This document shows positions 1-8,247 of a stretch of 33,429 nt of DNA, piece by piece. Positions within the stretch are counted from its first letter, which is position 1. Each line of letters opens with the position of its first letter. The DNA comes from Candidatus Latescibacterota bacterium (GTDB taxonomy: Bacteria; Latescibacterota; UBA2968; UBA8231), in NCBI GenBank assembly GCA_036339235.1, contig JAYZCA010000274.1, positions 1 through 33,429 of the forward strand. The letters are read 5' to 3'. Under the pieces are notes generated by a model. It had not been told where the DNA came from and searched no databases. It saw only the letters and a list, made by a program, of their open reading frames with translations. The translations under genes were made by a program, and so were the position numbers.

Positions 1-73
1 AACATTTACTGGATCTGAACCGTCTTAAGAACGACTGAGTGCGCCCGCTTCCAATCCAAGGAGACTGTGCGGT

Positions 74-229
74 ATGAACCTTCCCCCAGCGCGGAAATGC
101 CGACTCTGTGGCAAAACCCCCGGCTACCCGCTCTATGACGAGAAGTGCATCCCATGCTGGCCGAAGGATCTCAAGCCGGTACCCACGGCCAAACGTTCCA
201 GAAAAGCGACGAAACAAAGTAGCAAGTAA
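74..229 (+). CDS. Small basic CxxC-x12-CxxC (zinc-finger-like) protein, 51 aa; absent from the supplied ORF track
   Basis: Hand translation MNLPPARKCRLCGKTPGYPLYDEKCIPCWPKDLKPVPTAKRSRKATKQSSK*. AAGGAG Shine-Dalgarno at 58-63, 10 nt before the ATG; terminator hairpin downstream at 286-321. Confidence 0.6.
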   Translation: MNLPPARKCRLCGKTPGYPLYDEKCIPCWPKDLKPVPTAKRSRKATKQSSK

Positions 230-285
230 GTACGGCGTTTGCGGACAGGCCTGACTGAATGCACCAAAGGGTGCCACTGATATGA

Positions 286-321
286 AAGAGGCCCGCCAGC
301 GACGTCGCTGGCGGGCCTCTT
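286..321. terminator. Probable bidirectional intrinsic terminator (perfect 36-bp palindrome)
   Basis: AAGAGGCCCGCCAGCGAC|GTCGCTGGCGGGCCTCTT is self-complementary. It has pyrimidine-rich tails on both strands and lies between convergent genes (74-229 + and the ALDH ending at 345). Confidence 0.8.
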
Positions 322-344
322 CTTCTACGGAACGTTTCCTGGTT

Positions 345-1730
345 CTACAATTTCACCACCGCCATCTTGTCCTGCGTCATGTCGTGCATCGTGTAGCCGA
401 TGCCTCCGATGCCGTAACCGGACTGACGGCGCCCCGCAAAAGGCATCCAGTCGACGCGGAAGGCGGTGTGGTCGTTGATCATCACCGCCGAAGCGTCTAG
501 CTCCTGTATGCATTTCATCGCGTGGTCGAGGCGGTTCGTGAAGCAGCTCGCCTGGAAGGCCCATGGCAACGCGTTGGCACGCGTGATCGAGTCGTCGAGG
601 CTGGCTGAACTGTAGACCGCGATGGCCGGCCCGAAGATCTCCTGCGTCGACAACCGGCAGCCCGTTGGCGGGTCGAGGATCACCGTCGGCGCAAAGGTCG
701 TGTCGCCGAGGCGTCTGTTGCCGGTGATCACCGTGCCTCCCCCGTCGACCGCCTCCTGCAGCCACTCTTCGACGCGGTCTACTTCGCGCGGACGGATGAG
801 CGGCCCCACCTCCGTGGATTCTTCCACCGCGTCTCCGACGAGCAGCTTCGACGCTTGTTCAGCAAGCGCGTCGGCGATATCGCGCGCCCGCTCTGGCGGC
901 GCAAAGATGCGCTGCACCGACACGCACACCTGTCCGGCGTGGTAGAAGCCTCCCTTCACCAGCAGGGGGATCATCGCGTCCGTGTCGGCCGACTCATCGA
1001 CGATGACGGGCGCCGCGCCACCGTGCTCGAGGGCGCAGCGAGTCCCAGGCGCCAGCTTGGAGCGCAGCATCCAGCCCACCCGTGCCGAGCCGATGAAGCT
1101 CAGGAAAGCGACGCGTTCGTCGGTCACAAGTTTTTCCGCCGTCGGAATATCGCAGGCGATGAACCGACACCACGCTTCGTCGAGGCCCGCCTCGTACAAG
1201 ATGTCGACAAAGCTGCGCGCCGAAAGTGGCGTGTCATCGGCGGGCTTGACGATCACCGGGCAGCCGACGGCGACGGCGGGGGCGACCTGGTGTACGATGA
1301 GGTTCAAAGGGTGGTTGAAAGCCGACACCGCCACCACGGGCCCGATGGGCTCGCGTTGAACGAAAGCCAGCCGTCCGGCGCCGGCCGCCGTCAAATCCAT
1401 AGGCACGTCGCCGCTGGCAGGGTGCAGCAACTCCTTGATGCACAGTCCCACCCCGTCGATCGCACGCGCCACCTCGACGCGGGCATCAACGAGAGGCTTA
1501 CCTCCCTCGTCGGCGATCTGATGGGCCAGCTCATCGAAACGGTCTCGCATCAAGCCCTGAACCCGCTCCAGTATGGCCTGCCGCTCGTGCGCCGCAGGTC
1601 GCCCGGTGCGATGCCGGTGCGTCGCCGCCCCTTCCAGCCATTGGTCCGCAGAGGCCCAGTCACTCATCGGCACCTCACCGATGAGGCCGCGGTGATAGGG
1701 GTTGACCACTTCCAGTTTCGTATCACTCAT
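345..1730 (-). CDS. NAD(P)-dependent aldehyde dehydrogenase (RL0313/SafD-like subfamily with EHGG motif)
   Basis: Motifs AFNHPLNL, VKPA, FIGSARVG, LEHGGAAP, catalytic Cys in GQVCVSVQR, EIFGP, MPFAGRRQSG. Start moved to MSDTKLEVVNPY (ATG at 1730, GGAG upstream). Confidence 0.93.
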   Translation of the reverse strand: MSDTKLEVVNPYHRGLIGEVPMSDWASADQWLEGAATHRHRTGRPAAHERQAILERVQGLMRDRFDELAHQIADEGGKPLVDARVEVARAIDGVGLCIKELLHPASGDVPMDLTAAGAGRLAFVQREPIGPVVAVSAFNHPLNLIVHQVAPAVAVGCPVIVKPADDTPLSARSFVDILYEAGLDEAWCRFIACDIPTAEKLVTDERVAFLSFIGSARVGWMLRSKLAPGTRCALEHGGAAPVIVDESADTDAMIPLLVKGGFYHAGQVCVSVQRIFAPPERARDIADALAEQASKLLVGDAVEESTEVGPLIRPREVDRVEEWLQEAVDGGGTVITGNRRLGDTTFAPTVILDPPTGCRLSTQEIFGPAIAVYSSASLDDSITRANALPWAFQASCFTNRLDHAMKCIQELDASAVMINDHTAFRVDWMPFAGRRQSGYGIGGIGYTMHDMTQDKMAVVKL

Positions 1731-1894
1731 GGGACGTCTCTCCATGCGATAGGCGCAGGTGAGCTCAGCGCCGCAGGGGCTCATCATCGGGCTGCAAGTG
1801 CGGACTTGCCCTGATCAGCAGTAAATAGAGAGTTACGCGGTCCCGCCACAACGCACTTGCCTACCTCCCCTGACAAACTTGACCTTCAACGGAG

Positions 1895-2311
1895 ATGACC
1901 CACGTGAATCCCCGGGCTCCGGACAATCTGCGGACCGCCAGGCTCCACCTCCGTCGGCTCGCCCACATGGACACCCACTGGCAACGCCACGGCTTCGGCG
2001 ACTGGGGTATCGTCGAATCCGAGGCAGAGCGCCTCATCGGCTTCGCGGGTCTTCATCACATCGACGGCATGCGTGAAGTCAACCTTGGGTACGCTCTGCA
2101 GCGATCCGTCTGGCGCCGGGGTTATGGACGCGAGGCTTGCTTGGCTATCCTCGACATCGGCTTCACCGTCCTGCGCCTGCCCGAGATCGTCGCCGTCATC
2201 TCCCCGCAGAACACACCCTCTCAGCGGCTGGCCGAAGAACTGGGCTTCTCCGTCTGGAAGGAAACCCGCTGGTCCGGGCAGCCACGGCTGGTGTATCGGG
2301 CGCGGCCATAA
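1895..2311 (+). CDS. RimJ/RimL-type GNAT N-acetyltransferase, apparently with an in-frame internal deletion
   Basis: LRTARLHLR, LIGFAGL, EVNLGYAL, acetyl-CoA motif WRRGYGREA, NTPSQRLAEELGF. At 138 aa it lacks the helical segment normally found after the first strand. Confidence 0.8.
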   Translation: MTHVNPRAPDNLRTARLHLRRLAHMDTHWQRHGFGDWGIVESEAERLIGFAGLHHIDGMREVNLGYALQRSVWRRGYGREACLAILDIGFTVLRLPEIVAVISPQNTPSQRLAEELGFSVWKETRWSGQPRLVYRARP

Positions 2312-2325
2312 GAAAGTGTCGTCTC

Positions 2326-3258
2326 CTACAGCGCAGCCGCCTGGAATGCCTCGATCACTTCGTCCGGCAGAGGCTTCGATGCGGCGGCCACATTGGCCTC
2401 GAGTTGCTGGACATTGAGGTTGCCCACGGGGTTGCCGTGAATCCGCGCCTCGCGCAGGCAGAACTGTAAGGCCAGCGACAGCAGGGTAACGCCGTGCTCC
2501 TCGCACCACAGACGCATAACCTCGGCGCGCTGCTGGTCGTCGTTCCACTTGTCGCGCGGGGCGATCTGCTCGAGAGGCGTCCCTGTCAACCAGCCACGCA
2601 TGATCGACCAGCCGTTGAGCACGCCGAGGTCGGCGTCGGCCGCCGCCGGCAGCACGCGGTCGGCCGCGGTCTGGCGCAACAGGTTGAAGTCGCTGAAACA
2701 CAACAGGGCGTCGGTGCGCCCTGAGTCGATCACGGTCAGGTGGGCGTCATGAGGGTTCATGCCGTACCCGATATAGTTGACCCAGCCACGCGTGCGCGCC
2801 TCTTCCAGGCCCTCCAGCGTCCCCCCGCCGGCCAGCGTCGGCTCGATCCGGGGCGGGTCGTGGATGAAGAGCACGTCGAAGCGCTCGATGGCGAGAATCG
2901 ACAGCTGATCCTCGACGTCGGCAAGGACCCGCGGCTTCCCGTAGTCCGGCGCGCCGTCGCCGTAGCCGCCCCATCGAGCGCCGCTGTGACAGCAGATGCG
3001 ACCACTGACGATGATTTCGTCGCGCCTCACCACACCATCCCGAATGGCGACGCCCAATTTTCGCAGGCTGTCCCCGTAACAGCGGGCACAGTCGAAGTGG
3101 TTGACTCCGAGATCGACGGCGCGGCGGATGAGGATCTTCGCCTCGTCGTCGCTCACCGGGCCAAAGTGATTTCCGAAGCCCTGTGTACCGAAGGGTACGA
3201 CCGGGATGGAAAGTTCCGTTTTCCCCCAGCGACGACGGGGGGCTGCTGGTATATCCAT
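2326..3258 (-). CDS. Aldo/keto reductase family protein
   Basis: RRWGKTELSIPVVPFG, GVNHFDCARCYG (Asp/Tyr), FIHDP (His), LALQFCL. Start at MDIPAAP with AGGAG upstream. Confidence 0.9.
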   Translation of the reverse strand: MDIPAAPRRRWGKTELSIPVVPFGTQGFGNHFGPVSDDEAKILIRRAVDLGVNHFDCARCYGDSLRKLGVAIRDGVVRRDEIIVSGRICCHSGARWGGYGDGAPDYGKPRVLADVEDQLSILAIERFDVLFIHDPPRIEPTLAGGGTLEGLEEARTRGWVNYIGYGMNPHDAHLTVIDSGRTDALLCFSDFNLLRQTAADRVLPAAADADLGVLNGWSIMRGWLTGTPLEQIAPRDKWNDDQQRAEVMRLWCEEHGVTLLSLALQFCLREARIHGNPVGNLNVQQLEANVAAASKPLPDEVIEAFQAAAL

Positions 3259-3299
3259 ATAGATGTCTCCTGGCCTGTCGTGCGTATTTTCAGGGTCCA

Positions 3300-4120
3300 A
3301 TGAAACGCCAACTTCAAGTACCCACCATGCCCAATTTCGGGGCTGCGGCGCCAGCGGCCTTCTTCGTCCTTGTGATGGCGATACTGCCGCGGCAGATTGC
3401 CGCGGAATTCGAGCCGCCTCGTATCATCGAGGTCACAAACCCCAGCGACTGGGGAATTGATCAAGCCTCGGCCGACCAGCGGCTCTACGTGATCGACAAG
3501 GGCATCGAGTCGAACATGAACAAGGGCGACATCGTCAACGTATACCGGGAAAGGAGGTTCGCCTTCAAGACCGCCGCCCCATTGCGCATCTTCATCGGGG
3601 AAATCACCATCATCGAATCACACCAGGGGACCTCCATCGGCCGCTTTACGGTCAACGACGGTGCCCTCGAGGATCCGGTGGTGCGTGTCAAGGTAGCGAT
3701 GGAGGGCGATTTCCTTGTCCCCCGGCTCATCCTGGACTCGAGTCTGCTCTTCGATTCAGGAGCGCCGCACTGAAAGCCGGGATCATCGGCGAGTTCGAAA
3801 ACGTGGCCAACTTCATCAAGTTCCAGACACCATCCAAGTTGATCGAGGGTCATACCGACTCTGACGGTGATGAAGATTACAACAACAACCTTTCCCTGCA
3901 GCGCGCCGGGGCCGTGCGTAAGAGGCTGATCTCCGAGTATGAGTTTATCACCCCCGACATGCTCGAGGCCAAGGGATACGGCGAAGAGCGTCCCCTCTAC
4001 GACAATGACACCGATGAGAACAAGTCCCTGAACCGACGGATCGAGTTCGTCGTCTGGTGGGAGGACCTCGTGGAACGTGTTGACGTGGAAGTGGAAGAGG
4101 AAGAGGAAGTCCAACAGTAA
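3300..4120 (+). pseudogene. Exported protein with C-terminal OmpA-like peptidoglycan-binding domain, split by a 1-nt frameshift near 3759-3761
   Basis: The first ORF has a signal-peptide-like N-terminus and ends LLFDSG-APH*. The shifted frame continues SAALKAGIIGEFENVANFIK...IEGHTDSDG...NNNLSLQRAGAV...GYGEERP...NRRIEF, completing an OmpA_C domain. Confidence 0.8.
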
Positions 4121-4133
4121 CGGAGCAAACCGC

Positions 4134-4162
4134 TTGACCGGGACCACCTTCTCCCTTACGCT
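4134..4162 (+). promoter_or_regulatory. Candidate sigma-70 promoter for the SH3/ABC exporter operon
   Basis: TTGACC (4134-4139), 17-bp spacer, TACGCT (4157-4162) in the intergenic gap before ORF 4200. Confidence 0.45.
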
Positions 4163-4199
4163 CTAATAGGTTCTTGCGAAACAAGCACTTACGCCGTTT

Positions 4200-4892
4200 A
4201 TGGAAGGCCCTATGGCCGCATCTCGACGGCGCGCCGCGTGGATCGTAGGCCTCGTCGTCGTCGCCGCAATCCCCCTGATTCCCAGTCGTCCGGATCCTGT
4301 AGAAGAGCGCGTATCCGAGCTCGATATCGAACTCGTGCGCTCGGCAGAATGCCGCTATCGGGGCATCTCGGCCAGCTTCAACGAATTGACGCGAGCCTAC
4401 GCCTTGACGGCGTTCGTGGACTCCGAGTTGGAAGGCTGGACATCCCGACCCAACCCGAACCATCCGTACACTGAGGCACTGATCCGCTGCCGCTTCCGTG
4501 TTTCCGGTCCCAGAGACGACGCCCCTGCTGCACGTGGACCGGTGACCGCCCAACATCGCGCTTCCGTCGATGAGGTTCTCGATATCACCTGGAGACTGAG
4601 TACCGTGGCCTCGGTCCAGGTACAACCCCACTCGCCACTGGCCCAGGACGCCCTGGACTCTTTCCGCTTGCTCGTCGACCGCCAACTCGACCGCATGGTC
4701 TACGTCAACGACGAAGTCGACCTGCTGGATGCGCCCGACGGGGTTTCCGTGGGCAGGCTCAGCGCCGGTACGCTGCTGCTGCGCGAGGAACACGAGGACG
4801 CGTGGACCCTCATCCGTGTCCCCTCCGACACGACAGCCGGTTGGGTCCTCGACGAGACCCTGCGCCCTGTGTCCCGCGCGTCGGGAGGCTGA
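4200..4892 (+). CDS. Membrane-anchored hypothetical protein with C-terminal bacterial SH3-like domain
   Basis: N-terminal RRR followed by hydrophobic [17 protein letters not shown]-terminal pattern VGRLSAGT...EDAWTLIRV...AGWVLDETL is typical of SH3b. Alternative start at 4212. Confidence 0.65.
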   Translation: MEGPMAASRRRAAWIVGLVVVAAIPLIPSRPDPVEERVSELDIELVRSAECRYRGISASFNELTRAYALTAFVDSELEGWTSRPNPNHPYTEALIRCRFRVSGPRDDAPAARGPVTAQHRASVDEVLDITWRLSTVASVQVQPHSPLAQDALDSFRLLVDRQLDRMVYVNDEVDLLDAPDGVSVGRLSAGTLLLREEHEDAWTLIRVPSDTTAGWVLDETLRPVSRASGG

Positions 4893-4906
4893 TCTTGGAG
4901 TCGGCG

Positions 4907-5614
4907 ATGATCGAAATGGAGGGCATCGCCAAGACCTACGACATGGGGCCCACCCAGGTACACGCCCTGTCGGGCGTCGACATCAACATCCGCAACAACG
5001 AATACGTCGCCATCATGGGGCCGTCGGGATCCGGGAAATCCACTCTGATGAACATCATCGGCTGCCTCGATGTGCCTACCGCGGGACAGTACCGGCTCAA
5101 CGGCCAGCCAGTGAACGAGATGGACGACGATCAGCTCGCCGACATCCGCAACCAGGAGATCGGCTTCGTCTTCCAGAACTTCAATCTTCTGGCGCGGTCC
5201 AACGCACTGAAGAACGTGGAACTGCCCCTCGTGTACGGCGGCGTGCCGGCCGGCCAACGGCGAGCACGCGCCATGCAGGCTCTCGACGCCGTGGGGCTCA
5301 CGGATCGTCTGGACCACCGCCCCAACGAACTGTCGGGCGGCCAGCGTCAGCGGGTCGCCATCGCGCGGGCCCTGTCCAACGACCCGTCGATCATCCTGGC
5401 CGACGAACCCACCGGTGCCCTCGACTCACGAACAGGCATCGAGATCATGGACCTGTTCACCCGCCTGCACGACTCGGGCAACACGATCATCCTCGTGACC
5501 CACGAGGAGGACGTCGCCGCGTACGCCCACCGTATCGTCCGTTTCCGCGACGGCGTGGTGGAGAGTGACGAGATCAAGCCACGGGTAACGGCGGCCATTG
5601 CGGGAGAAGTATGA
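4907..5614 (+). CDS. ABC transporter ATP-binding protein, MacB/LolD family
   Basis: Walker [11 protein letters not shown]-loop FVFQNFNL, signature [15 protein letters not shown], Walker [14 protein letters not shown]-loop VTHE. GGAG precedes ATG 4907. Confidence 0.95.
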   Translation: MIEMEGIAKTYDMGPTQVHALSGVDINIRNNEYVAIMGPSGSGKSTLMNIIGCLDVPTAGQYRLNGQPVNEMDDDQLADIRNQEIGFVFQNFNLLARSNALKNVELPLVYGGVPAGQRRARAMQALDAVGLTDRLDHRPNELSGGQRQRVAIARALSNDPSIILADEPTGALDSRTGIEIMDLFTRLHDSGNTIILVTHEEDVAAYAHRIVRFRDGVVESDEIKPRVTAAIAGEV

Positions 5615-5615
5615 C

Positions 5616-6848
5616 ATGCCCCGATTGAGCACACGTTCGATCATCCTCGGTGCCGTCGCCGCCGTCGCCGGCGTCGTGTTGGCAAGCGGTGCCCTGAGCC
5701 CGTCAAGGGGGGGCGACCATGACGCCGCCACGGTGAGTGTCACGCACGGCAGCTTCCAGGTCACTCATGTCGAAGCCGGCGAGCTTCGTGCCGCCCGTGA
5801 CGAAAAGATCGTCGCCCCCCGGGTCCATGGACGGCTCCAGATCGTCCACCTCTATCCGGAGGGCGCCCGAGTGGAGGTGGGGGATCTCATCCTGCAGTTC
5901 GACCGGGAGCAGCACGCTCAGGAGGTGAAGGACAACGCCGGCGGACTCGAGCGGGCCAAAGCCGACATGCGCAAGACCGAGGCACAGCAGGGTCGCCGCC
6001 GTGCCGAACTTGCCATGCAGGTGGAGCAGAAGACGGCCGCCCGCGACCTGGCCATGATCAGCCTTCAGAAGGCCGAATACGGCTCCCCCGTCGAGCGCGA
6101 AGAAGCGCAGATCAATATCGAAAACGCCAAGCGGGCACTGACCCAGGCACAGACCGACGTCGAAGCGCAGCAGATCATCGATCGCGTAGAGATGACCAAT
6201 CGCGAGCTGCGGATCGCCCACCGGCAGAAGAACTATGATCGCTCCCTGTCAGATTATGAACGCCTCAGCGTCCATGCCACCCGCCCCGGTATCGTCGTCT
6301 ACGAGAGGATCCGCAAGCGCGGCACCGACCGTCACGGGAAGGTGACGGAGGGGGATGTGGTGTGGGGTGGTACGAGCCTGGTGTCGCTGCCCGAGCTCGA
6401 CTCGATGCAGGTTTACACGCAGGTCGGCGAAATGGATGTACAGCTGGTCAAACCCGGACAGCGGGCACTGATCCGGCTCGAGGCCTTCCCAGGGCCCGTC
6501 TTCCACGGCGTCGTGCGCCACGTCTCCCCCATGGCCAACGAACTCGAATACGCGCCCAATGTGCGGGTGTTCGAAATGGTCGTCGACATCATCGAACAGG
6601 ACGAGCGGTTGTATCCGGGAATGTCCGCCTCCGTGGAAGTTGTCATCGAGACCGTCCCCGAGGCGTTGACAATCCCTCTCGGCGCCCTTCGTCGCCGCCA
6701 GGATCGCACGCTCGTCTACCGTGAGACCGAAGATGGCTTCGAGGTCGTCGACGTGACCCCGGGGGCTGACAACGGCATCGAGATCGTCATCGAAGAGGGT
6801 CTGTCCGAAGGCGATGTCATCTCTCTTGCCGATCTGGGCCTGTTATGA
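5616..6848 (+). CDS. Periplasmic adaptor (membrane fusion protein, MacA/HlyD family) 1
   Basis: N-terminal TM segment, lipoyl halves PEGARVEVGDLILQFD and HATRPGIVV, long helical hairpin, VGEMDVQLVKPGQ, LYPGMSASVEV, EGLSEGDVI. Confidence 0.9.
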   Translation: MPRLSTRSIILGAVAAVAGVVLASGALSPSRGGDHDAATVSVTHGSFQVTHVEAGELRAARDEKIVAPRVHGRLQIVHLYPEGARVEVGDLILQFDREQHAQEVKDNAGGLERAKADMRKTEAQQGRRRAELAMQVEQKTAARDLAMISLQKAEYGSPVEREEAQINIENAKRALTQAQTDVEAQQIIDRVEMTNRELRIAHRQKNYDRSLSDYERLSVHATRPGIVVYERIRKRGTDRHGKVTEGDVVWGGTSLVSLPELDSMQVYTQVGEMDVQLVKPGQRALIRLEAFPGPVFHGVVRHVSPMANELEYAPNVRVFEMVVDIIEQDERLYPGMSASVEVVIETVPEALTIPLGALRRRQDRTLVYRETEDGFEVVDVTPGADNGIEIVIEEGLSEGDVISLADLGLL

Positions 6849-8236
6849 CCGAATCCGCTGCCGTTCCGCCCCCGGCGTCCGCCTCGAACAAGGGCCGTAG
6901 AAGACGCGTCGTGCTGGCGCTGACCCTCGTCATCGTCATCGCCGCTGGTGTCGCTGCTTCCCGCCTGCTCATCACCGAAGAGAGCGCCGCCATCGCCTCC
7001 TTTCCGGTGCAGCAGGGCGAATTTGTCATCACCATCGAGTTGAGAAACGGCGAGCTCGAGGCGATCAACGCCGAGCAGATAAATGCCCCCAACGTGAGGG
7101 GCCAGCTGAAGATCACCAAGCTCTTTCCGGAGGGTGAGATCGTTGAGGTGGGAGACCTCATCATCGAGTTCGACCGCGTCGAGTTCGAGAAAAAGGTCAC
7201 TGAGGAGTCGCAGGAGCTGGAGGCGGCACGAGGCGAGTTGCAGAAAACGGTCGCCACACAGCAGGTCGAGATGGCGCGCCAGCGGGCCGACATCGAGAAC
7301 AAGCAAGCTGCGCTGCGCCTAGCGGAGTTGCAGGTCGAGAAGATGAAATTCGAGTCCTTCATCGACAAGGAAGAGGCCGGGTTACGCGCCAGACAGGCCG
7401 AGTTGGCCCTAAAGCAGGCGCATACCCAGATCGAGGCGCAGGCCGTTGTCGACAGCGTCGAACTGCGCAAGCAGGAGCTCAATGTCGCTGAGGAGGAGCG
7501 CGAGCTCGACCGCGCGGAGAGGGACCTGGCGAATCTTTCAGTCCTCGCCGAGAACCCCGGGCTGGTGGTGTACGAGAAGATCTGGAAGGGATCCCGGCCC
7601 GAAAAGATCCGTGTCGGCGACGAGCCCTGGGGAGGCGCCACCCTCGTAACCCTGCCCGATCTGTCGTCCATGCGGGTCAAGACCTGGGTCAACGAGGTCA
7701 ACGTCGACAAGATTGAGGTCGGCCAGCCCGTCGACATCCGCCTCGACGCCCTCCCCGGTCCCGTCTTTCATGGCAGGATCAGCAGCGTCGCCTCGCTGGG
7801 GCACGAGAAGGAAGGCGACAAAAACGTCAAGGTCTTCGACATTCAGATCGAGATCGAAGAGAAGGACGATCGGCTGAAGCCGGGCATGACGGCGACGAGC
7901 GAGGTCGTCATCAAGACCGTTCCGGAACGACCGCAACCGGCGGACGACGAGATCTCGGGGCCCGCTGAGGGCGAGATTGCCGACCTGCCGCTCTACATTC
8001 CGATCGACGCCGTTTTCGAGAAGGGCGGGCGCACTCTCGTCTTCCTCGTCGACGGTGGCAAGTCCCGGGAACAGGAGGTCGAGCTCGGCGACCGCAACGG
8101 CAACTACGTCATAGTTCTCGAGGGTCTGGGAAGCAACGATCGGGTCACGCTGCGTGACCCGACGACGACGCTCGAGGAGCTGGGCGGCGTACCCGACGAG
8201 ACCGAGACCGCCTCCGCCGCCAGTGGTCTGGAGTAG
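6845..8236 (+). CDS. Periplasmic adaptor (membrane fusion protein, MacA/HlyD family) 2
   Basis: ATGA overlap with adaptor 1; TM segment; PEGEIVEVGDLIIEFD, VNEVNVDKIEVGQ, LKPGMTATSEV, EGLGSNDRV. Confidence 0.9.
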   Translation: MTESAAVPPPASASNKGRRRRVVLALTLVIVIAAGVAASRLLITEESAAIASFPVQQGEFVITIELRNGELEAINAEQINAPNVRGQLKITKLFPEGEIVEVGDLIIEFDRVEFEKKVTEESQELEAARGELQKTVATQQVEMARQRADIENKQAALRLAELQVEKMKFESFIDKEEAGLRARQAELALKQAHTQIEAQAVVDSVELRKQELNVAEEERELDRAERDLANLSVLAENPGLVVYEKIWKGSRPEKIRVGDEPWGGATLVTLPDLSSMRVKTWVNEVNVDKIEVGQPVDIRLDALPGPVFHGRISSVASLGHEKEGDKNVKVFDIQIEIEEKDDRLKPGMTATSEVVIKTVPERPQPADDEISGPAEGEIADLPLYIPIDAVFEKGGRTLVFLVDGGKSREQEVELGDRNGNYVIVLEGLGSNDRVTLRDPTTTLEELGGVPDETETASAASGLE

Positions 8237-8247
8237 CTCCCCGGCCC

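Noticed and set aside
1-38. Possible 3' end of an upstream gene (e.g. HLLDLNRLKND*)
   Set aside because: Too short and truncated by the window edge; the frame cannot be determined.
1731-1787. N-terminal extension of the ALDH ORF containing ELTC, faintly like the C-terminus of acetolactate-synthase genes that often precede such ALDHs
   Set aside because: A four-residue resemblance with no stop codon is not enough; treated as leader sequence.
1845-1865. Sigma-54-like sequence on the minus strand upstream of the ALDH (AGGCAAGTGCGTTGT)
   Set aside because: The -12 dinucleotide is GT rather than GC and the -24 match is weak.
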